The notes under the pieces were generated by a model. It saw nothing but the letters and a program-made list of their open reading frames with translations, did not search any database and was not told where the DNA came from. From assembly GCA_024231025.1 (NCBI GenBank), contig JAAEQW010000090.1:21490-85489 (forward strand): a stretch of DNA of 64,000 nt, in the 5' to 3' direction. Shown here one piece after another: positions 55,789 through 64,000 of this stretch. A program made the translations under genes and the position numbers. Within the stretch, counting starts at the first letter, position 1, and every line of letters begins with the position of its first letter. The stretch is from Candidatus Omnitrophota bacterium (GTDB lineage Bacteria > Omnitrophota > Gorgyraeia > Duberdicusellales > 4484-171).

Positions 55789-58700
55789 CTATGTTGGTGT
55801 TCGTTCAATGCGAATAATTTGGAAAGTAAATCCTTGAAAAGTCTTAATATCAAAAGGAACAACAAAATCCCCACTGTAGGGGCGGCGCTTGCGTCCGCCG
55901 GCATCCTGCACGCCGACATTTTGCACAGTCACCTCATCTATGTTAAGCATCCCTGCACTAATATCAATACCGCCGGGGGTAGTAGTTACTTCGTTAGACT
56001 CGGCGCCGACAGATTTTTTCCCGGCGGTTATAGCCGGCGCGAATGAAGACAGCTTCCGTTGAGCAATTTTATAAAACATCTCCTCATACTTACCCCACTC
56101 ATCCTTATGAAAATCCTCATACTCCTCGGCAAGAGCTTCTAGCTGCTCAAAGCTCATGCGCTCGATTACCCAAGCATGATACGGGGTAAGTTGGGTTTCG
56201 TTTTCGCTGAAGTATCGCTTCTGACGTTGGGCGGCAACATCATGCTCCTCTTCGTCGATATGTTCCGTCCACTCATGGTCAATTACCTCACCCAGAGCAA
56301 AAAAGGTAAAATTATCTTGGTTGATATAATTGGAATTAACGATTATTGATAAGCTGCCATCTTCTTCTTGCCGACCGCAAGCATCCATGGTTTCAGGCAG
56401 CTGGCTAGATAGATAAACTCTGATCTGGCGGTTTCTAAACTTATCAGCATCTTCCATATCCATTGGAGAAGATCTTAGAAATTCGATTAGTGTTTCTTTA
56501 TCGAAGTTTAATTCTTGCCGAGGATCAACCAACTCTTCAAACTGCCCATCAGAAAGCTTTGGTTCCGACACATCAATAACTCTGCGGCTGGGACGTTTTA
56601 GGGGGCCGGGTTTTGATTTACGGGTGTAGGCGATATGTCCTAGAAGGTTTTTGTAGATGCTTTGAGCGATCACTGAGAAATCTTTTTCTTTTGAACTTAC
56701 CTCAGCGGCCGCATACAAACTGAAGAGATGATTGCGATCGATGCTTACCCCTTTATCAGTTAAAGAGTATCCTTCGTCTAATTTGATCTCCCCTGAATCA
56801 TGAAGAGTGCGAAGAATATCTTGCTGCTCCTTAGTCAATAGTTCGATTAAATTTTCGACTAAGCTTCTATCATAAAACTCAAGCAAACGCTGGCCTTCTT
56901 CTGGAGAAGCTACTTTGACATACGTTTTAATCATCCGCAACAATTCAAAGAGATTACGATTATATCGATTTGTTTCTGGTAGAGCATCATTCTCCAAAAC
57001 AGCTTTGATCACCCTACCCACAAAAGGCTCAAAGAGCTCTCGGGCACCTTCTCTAACCCCTTTCATATCCTTTATTTCGTTAAGAACCACGTCCTTCTCT
57101 CTTTGAGAAAGATTGACCTCAGAAGCAAATTCCTCAAATGCAGTAATATCTCGATCGTACTCAGCGATCACATCCACCAATAAATCAAAGATCTCTTCTC
57201 CAGGACTCTTAGCAATATTGAGCAAGGCACCATCTTTGGAAATTTTTAAATCCAAAGGTAGAGAAAAAATCTTACCTAAATTAAGAGAAATGTTGATATC
57301 TCTTCCTAATTGCTCGCCGATATCAGCTTTATAACGATTGGTGCTAAAAATATAGTGCACTAATGACTTGTTTGCTTCTAATTCACTGACCCCTAAAGTT
57401 TTTAATCCGGCGGCAAAATCTGCATAGAGCGGGTCGCGATCATTCCAATTGCGCGGGAGATTGTCCATGGCAATCGGTATAAGCTTCAAAAAAAGTTTAG
57501 GGTTAAGTTCAGTATACTCGCCCCAATGCATAATCACAAAGGCGGTAAATAATCCTAGCAACTCGGAATCGCGAAGTTGCCTCTCAATCTCCTCAGGGGT
57601 TTGATCCTCTAAGCTGCTAAAAAGACTGGCTAATGCAAAATTGCGCGTTTGATCATCGCCGTAGCGAAATACCTGCGCAAAGACTTCCAAGCGTGCCTGC
57701 CAAGGGATTCTTGAAAACACACCTCTAGTCACTGTATTTATCTTATTGGTGGTTTCTGGGTCCTCAACGATTTTAAGTACAGTTGAAAGTAGCACCGCGT
57801 AGAAACTAAGTTCTTCTTTGCTTGCCTCAAGCTCTTCAAGGACTAAAAACCCTTCAGCTAATATTTCGTCTATCCACTCATTGGCTTTCCTACTCTGGGT
57901 AGCTTCAATAAGAGTAACTACGCTTCGAGCGGCAGAGATAAAACGAGGGATATTGGTTAAGTCGATATAAGTTTCTGTTCGTCGCAATTGCCTAGCCACG
58001 GCCATAGCTTCTTTGTGGCGTTTTCGATAACGCTGATAAAGCTTGTCAATCTTTTTAGCTTCACCTGAATCTGCAACCTGACGGCTATGGAGCTCTTCTA
58101 CCTTCAACGCTTCTATTTGCTTTCGTTCATCTTGCATAAATTCAATAGTTTGCTCTCCGACCTCCCAAAAAGTTTTGTCAGTAATTTGTGCGATATCCTC
58201 ATCATCGAAGATATTAACAAGCACACCAAAAGCGTTGGAGTAATGTTTTTCATCAAAAGGCTTATTCATATCACGAAAATCAAAGACAGAAGTAGTTTTG
58301 GCGATCAAGATATAAAGTTCATTTTTGATCTCCTTGAGAGAATCCTCGTCAATAAAAGGTCTGTAAAAGATCCCCATCGCTTCCATACCTAACGCTCGAT
58401 TCTGACTGAAAAACTCACTCGCCTGTTTCTTAATAATCTTAACTATAAAACCAACGGCATCATCCCGAGCAACAGAATCCATACTTAGAAGAAACTGCCC
58501 TACAAATGTAGGTAACCGTCCTGGCTCAAGGGCAAGAAAGATCGGCTCAAGTTTTTGAAAAAATTCTTTCCGCAATCTTTCATCATCGATAAACGGCATA
58601 TATTGCGTAACTAAGCTACTAATTAAATTCTCGATATCTTGCTGGTTTGGCATCCGACTTTCTTGGGGTTCTTCTTGGTCTTGAGCCCTATCTATTTTTC

Positions 58701-61700
58701 CAATTGCCACCTCGGCTTGATAACGAACCGCTTCGTAGTCATCATTTTTTTTCAATTTACCAAGCATTGGGAGTGCTGCCCAAGCTGCTATGCCAAACTC
58801 TCCTAAAGCCCTAGCACTATTTGCACGAACAAGTTCATCACTATCCTCTAACGCTATAATCAAAGCTGACGTGGCTTTTTTAGCTGCGGGGCCGATATCT
58901 CCAAGAATCTTGGCACTTTTAGCACGCACCACCGGATCAGGATTGTTTAACGTCTCAATTAAACCATCAATCATAGCCTGATCTATACTCACATCTTCTA
59001 AACTATTCTCTATCTTCTCAATTGCCTTCTGGGCTGCGGTGCGAACAAAGTCTTTAGAATCATTCTTTGCTAATTTGCGAAGCTGCACGAGTGCAGGTTC
59101 TGCTGCGGGGCCGATATAACTTAAAGCCCAAGCGCTACCTTCACGAGTATCGTGGTTGCTATCTTCTAATGTACTAATCAATAATAGCATGACCTCATCT
59201 GATACGGAGCCAATTTGCCCCAAAGCCCAACTACTAACCATACGAACCTTTGCTTTTTGATCTGCCAATCTCTCAATCAAATCTGGCACCGCTTTCTTTG
59301 CAGCAAGACCAATCCTCCCAAGAGCAGTCGCACTATCGGAACGAACATTATAATCAACATTCTCTAATCCTCTAATCAATCTATCAATTTCAGCTTCTTC
59401 AACGCTGGCATCCTCTGCTGATCCCTTCTCTATCTTCTCGATTGCCTCTTGGGCTGCGGTGCGAAGTTTTTCGTTGAAACCCTGCTTTGATAAATCGCTA
59501 AGACGCGTAAGTGTAGGTTTTGCGGCGGGGCCGATTTCTCCAAGAGCCCAGGCGCTGTTGTAACTAACGTCATTATTTTTATCGGTCAATGTTCCAATCA
59601 AATCTGACACGGCCTCTTTTGCTGCGGGGCCGATATCTCCAAGAGCCCCGGCGCTGTTTTGACGAACATTCTCATCTTCATCCTTCAAGGCTTCAGCCAA
59701 AGCGGACACTGCCTCTTTTGCTGCGGGGCCAATTTTTCCAAGAGCCCCGGCGCTATTACTACGAACAGACTTATTTTCATCCTTCAAGGCTTCAATCAAA
59801 GCGGACACTGCTTCTTTTGCTGCGGGGCCAATATCTCCAAGAGTCCCGGCGCTATTCCTACGAACAGACTTATTTTCATCCTTCAAGGCTTCAATCAAAG
59901 CGGACACTGCTTCTTTTGCTGCAGGGCCAATATCTCCAAGAGTCCCGGCGCTATTGGCGCGCACCTTGAAATCAGGATCCTTCAATGCCTCAATCAATGC
60001 TGACACAGCAGGTTTTGCTGCGGGGCCGATCTTGCCTAAAACCCTGGCGCTATCCTTACGAACCTTAGGGTCAGGGTCCTTTAGCCCTTTAATCAATCTA
60101 TCAACTTCAGCATCTTCAGTACCTACACTCTCTGACCCCTTCTCTATCTTCCCAATCGCCTCTTGGACTGCGGTGCGAACCTCTTCATCGGGATCATTCT
60201 TTGCTAATTTGCGAAGACGCACAAGTGCCGGTTCTGCTGCGGGGCCGATTTCTCCAAGAGCAGTAGCGCTATTGGCGCGAACAACCCAATCTTTATCCTT
60301 CAAGGCCTCAATTAAAGATGACACAGCAGGTTCTGCGGCGGGGCCGATCTGTCCTAAAGCCCAAGCGCTATTCCAACGAACATACTTATTTCCATCCTTC
60401 AAGGCTTTAGTCAAAGCTGATATGGCCTCTTTTGCGGCGGGGCCGATCGCTGCAAGAGCTCTGGCGCTGTTGACGCGTACCTTGGAATCAGGATCCTTCA
60501 ATACATCAATCAATGCTGACACAGCAGGTTTTGCTGCGGGGCCGATCTTGCCTAAAACCCTGGCGCTATCCTTACGAACCTCAGGGTCAGGGTCCTTTAG
60601 CCCTTTAATCAATCTATCAATTTCAGCATCTTCAACGCCGGCATTCTCTGCTGATCCCTTCTCTATCTTCTCGATTGCCTCCTGGGCTGCGGTGCGAACA
60701 AATTCTTCAGAATCATCCTTTGCTAATTTGCGGAGCTGCGCAAGTGCAGGTTTTGCTGCGGGGCCGATTTCTCCAAGAGCCCAGGCGCTATGGCTGCGAA
60801 CAACCTTATCTTCATCCTTCAATGCTTCAGCCAATGCCAACACGGCCTCTTCTGCTGGGGAGCCAACCCCTCCAAGAGCATCGGCGCTATCGGCACGAAC
60901 CTCAGGATCAGGGTCCTTTAACCCTCTAATCAATCTATCAACTTCAGCATCTGTTGTCGATGTCTTTGCTTTCAAAGTGCCAAAGATCTTTATTGTAATT
61001 TTGCTCTGGCTGATATCGCCTAAGGCTTTTTTGACCTCATCGAGTGGGATTTGGATTTCATTCTGACCAGGGTCAACGGAAGTAACATAGATATAACCTT
61101 CACTAAGCCCCTCGCCTGAAAATTCAATAACAATATATTCTTCTCCAATTCCAAATCCATAATGATTAATAGCATAGCTACCCTCTAACTCGGAGAAATA
61201 CTGGCCATCATGTGTCTCGTAAGTAATCTCTCCTTTTTTCTTGATCTCTGCAATAGTCTCTGGTATTTTTGCTACATCTGTTAGTCCAACTGATCCTGCT
61301 ACCATGGCATGCACTGATCGACCAGAATCATTATAAATGGCGTTGAATATTATCTCAAGATCGGGTTTACCCTTCTCTTTGTGCGCTGCGGCTGATTGGG
61401 GGGATTTTTCTTTTTTAACTACTTTTTGATCACCGAGTTTTTGGGCTGCCATTAAGGCAAGCCTTGCGTAAAGATCCTTAACTTTCTGCTGATCTGGTAC
61501 TGAAGCGGAAGCCAAATCAGCCCTTGTCGGGCTACCAAAGCCATTTACTAAGCTGCCCTTAACGTACTTATCAAAAAACTCTTGTCGTTTCTGGTAACCA
61601 CCAGTATACATAGTGTCGTCTGAAACATTCCCCGTCTGCAAAAAATTAAGATAATCCTTCGTAAACAGACCATAAGAAAGGTCGTTAATATTTAACCATT

Positions 61701-63999
61701 CAAGAATAATATCATTGTCAAAAAAGATGGGAAGTAAGCTATCGTAATACTTACCACTTGACCCCCATTTCTCTTCTGAGGTATCGCCAACCAAAAGACT
61801 AACGATATTAACCGGTGAGTCAATTTGTTGATTGACATAGTTAACTATCGCCTGGTATCGAGGTAAGTCTTTCTTTTTGATCGAGGTAAGTGTCTCATCT
61901 ACATGTCGCAAAATGACGACTAGTTCGGATTCACGCCAAGGTCTAAATAACTCTGAATTAATTTCCACCGAGAATTTGGGTAATTTCAGACAATGACCTT
62001 GCAGACTATGTTTCTGACTGATATACATCCATATTTTTGCGGGATGTGTTTCTGTATCCAAGTTTATGGGGTCTATACTAGTTGATCCTGGGGAAATTTG
62101 TTCTTGATAGCGCTGACTTAAATTACTGGCGGCATTAAAGATGTCATTGAGGACTCGGTAGTCAATTGTTTGGGCATTGTTTTCATAAGAAGTGATTACA
62201 TCGCTTAAGACACCGAGACCCTCGGACAAATCAAGACTAGCTACAACTTGCTCAATCGCCTGAGCCAAAGCAAAATCCTCTATCCCTATGCCTGGATGAA
62301 GAGCAAGCATCTGCTCTACTAGACTATAATCTGGTAAGGGGGCGGCTTTTGCTAAATTACGCAAGGAGTCTTCTAGCTCTTTCTGTTGAGAGAGAAATTC
62401 CTCCTTTGCTTTACCAACGGCGGTCTTTGAATGTTTCTTGAGACGCTCTATCTCTTCGTTCAACTCAAACATTCTTTCCTCTAGAGGTGATCGAGAAACT
62501 TCTTGTTCGGGTGGTTTGATATTTTCTTGTGAATCTTGTTGGCCCATTAATCTTTCATCATCCTGTTCAACATCAGAAGTTAAATCAACCTCTATCCACC
62601 CACCCCCCTTAGGATCCATAACTTCAAAGATCGCATGGCCTTCAGAGCTAAAAAGCTGCTTATTCCCATTTGCGTCCGATACCCCGGTAACTATTCTGGC
62701 GGGGATCCCTAAATAGCGGGCCAATAGCATGCCATACATCGCCAGAACAGAACATTGCGCAGTAATCTTTTCTCTTTGATCGAATGATTCGTCATCGAAG
62801 CCATGATTCAACCACCTGGCTGGGGGCACGCCAAACATCTTACCGGTTTCAATCCCCAACGAATAACGAAACCGATCAGCGATAATTCTAATGACCCCTT
62901 CAAGCCTAGTATTAAAATCTAATCTTCTAAACCTATCCAAGCGCTCTTTTAAAATATCCGGGGGCTGATCATCTTCGGGGAATTGCAAATAGTGTTCGAT
63001 AAGCTCCTCAACAGCCTGGAAGGTTTTGTTGGGCTTGCGATAATCTATCCTGTAAGAGACTCTCTTTGTTTCAGAACTTGATCCATCAAAATGAAGAATA
63101 ATGGTCCCATAACTATCCTGAGAAGAAGTAAACTTGTGGCTAGACTCAATGCTATCGATATCGATAGTGGAATTACTATCTGCCATCAATATCATGGTGT
63201 TGCCTACAACTTCTCTTGCAATCGTATTGGTTCTGCCTGTTTTTTCTCCTTGAGGAAGATCTTCAAAAGGCAATTCTGCCTGACGAAGGCGCCCATTTTC
63301 AACTACTGAATAGACTGCTTCTCGTAAAAAATTCACATTCTCTCTGGAGGTGGCGATAAGTGGCCCTTTCTCCTTTATCTGTCCACCTTCAAAATCGCTA
63401 TCTGGCAATGCCATGCCGCGAGGTTGATAAACCTCTACCACCTCTTCATAAGCACTTACCCCTAAAGCTTGACCACCAGATTTGATAACCTCTGCAAGTT
63501 GCGAAGCTTCAAGATAAGGAAGCCAAAACAAGATATGTCTGGGGGCATCACCACTTAAATAATAAAGTTCTTTAGCTTGTCCAACCGCAGAATCAAAAAT
63601 TGAGAACTCTTGATCACCGTCAATGCTATCTTCCTCTAAATCTCCCGCCAAATTGACCGCTGAACCAGCAAGACTTCCAGCAACGATCGCCATCGCCGAA
63701 TAACCAACCTTGCTCTTACGGAAACGATCAAAACCAGTACCTTTAGGACCTACCGAATCCAAAGAAGATTGGTAACGCTCCAGATTCTCGATGTAATTTT
63801 TAAGAAACTCTCTTCTGCGAAGCAACTTCTGATTTTCCGGATTAAAATCAAGTTCGGATTCGGCTTGCTCTTCTAAGTTACGGTATACTTCTAATCTTGC
63901 TTCGATCAACTTTCTCTGCCGGTCAAATACTTCTTGGCGCTGGGCCTGAATCTTGACAGCCCCTTCTTGATCATCCTCCCAATACTTTAGCGAATCTTC
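55789..63999 (-). CDS. Giant multidomain protein 3, 5'-truncated by the window edge (more than 2730 aa): transglutaminase-like domain, HEAT-repeat arrays, HExxEH motif, GGID C-tail
   Basis: Frame stays open to the window end (EDSLKYWEDD...); QCSVLA...GIPARIVTG...GHAIFEV...WIEVD; HEAT repeats; TPGGIDIS...PFDIKTFQGFTFQIIRIER. Confidence 0.88.
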   Translation of the reverse strand, partial: EDSLKYWEDDQEGAVKIQAQRQEVFDRQRKLIEARLEVYRNLEEQAESELDFNPENQKLLRRREFLKNYIENLERYQSSLDSVGPKGTGFDRFRKSKVGYSAMAIVAGSLAGSAVNLAGDLEEDSIDGDQEFSIFDSAVGQAKELYYLSGDAPRHILFWLPYLEASQLAEVIKSGGQALGVSAYEEVVEVYQPRGMALPDSDFEGGQIKEKGPLIATSRENVNFLREAVYSVVENGRLRQAELPFEDLPQGEKTGRTNTIAREVVGNTMILMADSNSTIDIDSIESSHKFTSSQDSYGTIILHFDGSSSETKRVSYRIDYRKPNKTFQAVEELIEHYLQFPEDDQPPDILKERLDRFRRLDFNTRLEGVIRIIADRFRYSLGIETGKMFGVPPARWLNHGFDDESFDQREKITAQCSVLAMYGMLLARYLGIPARIVTGVSDANGNKQLFSSEGHAIFEVMDPKGGGWIEVDLTSDVEQDDERLMGQQDSQENIKPPEQEVSRSPLEERMFELNEEIERLKKHSKTAVGKAKEEFLSQQKELEDSLRNLAKAAPLPDYSLVEQMLALHPGIGIEDFALAQAIEQVVASLDLSEGLGVLSDVITSYENNAQTIDYRVLNDIFNAASNLSQRYQEQISPGSTSIDPINLDTETHPAKIWMYISQKHSLQGHCLKLPKFSVEINSELFRPWRESELVVILRHVDETLTSIKKKDLPRYQAIVNYVNQQIDSPVNIVSLLVGDTSEEKWGSSGKYYDSLLPIFFDNDIILEWLNINDLSYGLFTKDYLNFLQTGNVSDDTMYTGGYQKRQEFFDKYVKGSLVNGFGSPTRADLASASVPDQQKVKDLYARLALMAAQKLGDQKVVKKEKSPQSAAAHKEKGKPDLEIIFNAIYNDSGRSVHAMVAGSVGLTDVAKIPETIAEIKKKGEITYETHDGQYFSELEGSYAINHYGFGIGEEYIVIEFSGEGLSEGYIYVTSVDPGQNEIQIPLDEVKKALGDISQSKITIKIFGTLKAKTSTTDAEVDRLIRGLKDPDPEVRADSADALGGVGSPAEEAVLALAEALKDEDKVVRSHSAWALGEIGPAAKPALAQLRKLAKDDSEEFVRTAAQEAIEKIEKGSAENAGVEDAEIDRLIKGLKDPDPEVRKDSARVLGKIGPAAKPAVSALIDVLKDPDSKVRVNSARALAAIGPAAKEAISALTKALKDGNKYVRWNSAWALGQIGPAAEPAVSSLIEALKDKDWVVRANSATALGEIGPAAEPALVRLRKLAKNDPDEEVRTAVQEAIGKIEKGSESVGTEDAEVDRLIKGLKDPDPKVRKDSARVLGKIGPAAKPAVSALIEALKDPDFKVRANSAGTLGDIGPAAKEAVSALIEALKDENKSVRRNSAGTLGDIGPAAKEAVSALIEALKDENKSVRSNSAGALGKIGPAAKEAVSALAEALKDEDENVRQNSAGALGDIGPAAKEAVSDLIGTLTDKNNDVSYNSAWALGEIGPAAKPTLTRLSDLSKQGFNEKLRTAAQEAIEKIEKGSAEDASVEEAEIDRLIRGLENVDYNVRSDSATALGRIGLAAKKAVPDLIERLADQKAKVRMVSSWALGQIGSVSDEVMLLLISTLEDSNHDTREGSAWALSYIGPAAEPALVQLRKLAKNDSKDFVRTAAQKAIEKIENSLEDVSIDQAMIDGLIETLNNPDPVVRAKSAKILGDIGPAAKKATSALIIALEDSDELVRANSARALGEFGIAAWAALPMLGKLKKNDDYEAVRYQAEVAIGKIDRAQDQEEPQESRMPNQQDIENLISSLVTQYMPFIDDERLRKEFFQKLEPIFLALEPGRLPTFVGQFLLSMDSVARDDAVGFIVKIIKKQASEFFSQNRALGMEAMGIFYRPFIDEDSLKEIKNELYILIAKTTSVFDFRDMNKPFDEKHYSNAFGVLVNIFDDEDIAQITDKTFWEVGEQTIEFMQDERKQIEALKVEELHSRQVADSGEAKKIDKLYQRYRKRHKEAMAVARQLRRTETYIDLTNIPRFISAARSVVTLIEATQSRKANEWIDEILAEGFLVLEELEASKEELSFYAVLLSTVLKIVEDPETTNKINTVTRGVFSRIPWQARLEVFAQVFRYGDDQTRNFALASLFSSLEDQTPEEIERQLRDSELLGLFTAFVIMHWGEYTELNPKLFLKLIPIAMDNLPRNWNDRDPLYADFAAGLKTLGVSELEANKSLVHYIFSTNRYKADIGEQLGRDINISLNLGKIFSLPLDLKISKDGALLNIAKSPGEEIFDLLVDVIAEYDRDITAFEEFASEVNLSQREKDVVLNEIKDMKGVREGARELFEPFVGRVIKAVLENDALPETNRYNRNLFELLRMIKTYVKVASPEEGQRLLEFYDRSLVENLIELLTKEQQDILRTLHDSGEIKLDEGYSLTDKGVSIDRNHLFSLYAAAEVSSKEKDFSVIAQSIYKNLLGHIAYTRKSKPGPLKRPSRRVIDVSEPKLSDGQFEELVDPRQELNFDKETLIEFLRSSPMDMEDADKFRNRQIRVYLSSQLPETMDACGRQEEDGSLSIIVNSNYINQDNFTFFALGEVIDHEWTEHIDEEEHDVAAQRQKRYFSENETQLTPYHAWVIERMSFEQLEALAEEYEDFHKDEWGKYEEMFYKIAQRKLSSFAPAITAGKKSVGAESNEVTTTPGGIDISAGMLNIDEVTVQNVGVQDAGGRKRRPYSGDFVVPFDIKTFQGFTFQIIRIERTPT
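58690..60950 (-). repeat. Array of 93-bp (31-aa) HEAT/PBS-lyase-like repeats organised in capped cassettes
   Basis: Near-identical 93-bp units at about 59600-59960; cassettes start DAEV/IDRLI and end VRTAAQEAIEKIEKGS. Confidence 0.9.
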
Positions 64000-64000
64000 A

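Noticed and set aside
59600-59960. Regular direct repeats resembling a CRISPR array
   Set aside because: These are 93-bp in-frame coding repeats with no unique spacers and no cas genes
59589-61066. Long plus-strand ORFs (up to 370 aa) with repeats
   Set aside because: They are antisense shadows of the HEAT-repeat array in giant 3, with no RBS or independent protein signature
63907-63909. TTG start assigned to giant 3 by the ORF track
   Set aside because: The frame remains open to the window edge, so the true start lies beyond 64000

Overview
AT-rich bacterial chromosomal window, mostly encoded on the minus strand. Housekeeping blocks include a stand-alone EF-G, YqeY, aldehyde dehydrogenase, ABC-F, a DtxR-feoAB-amidase-patatin operon, citrate synthase, spoVG-dprA-comM-yraN, a complete MoxR/Bat operon, uracil-DNA glycosylase and many single receiver domains. 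These blocks are interrupted by three giant genes (3602 aa, about 2060 aa, and more than 2730 aa running off the window end). Two giants share a roughly 340-aa N-terminal domain, all three end in a 'GGID...F-x-G-hydrophobic-x-F...IE' tail, and the middles carry completely different enzyme cargo (HAD and LOG/SLOG; protein kinase, HATPase, methyltransferases and hydrolase; transglutaminase and HEAT arrays). This architecture suggests a modular, exported polymorphic protein system, and the gene content suggests Candidatus Omnitrophota (inference, not verified). The conserved ends of the giants carry short palindromic REP/MITE-like elements inserted in frame, and two giants are followed directly by MNT-HEPN toxin-antitoxin pairs. 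Features missed by the ORF track include two bS21 (rpsU) paralogs, a truncated RelE-type toxin remnant, a roughly 195-bp heptamer-rich palindromic element in two copies, and several promoters that imply leaderless mRNAs. I saw no rRNA, tRNA or CRISPR array.
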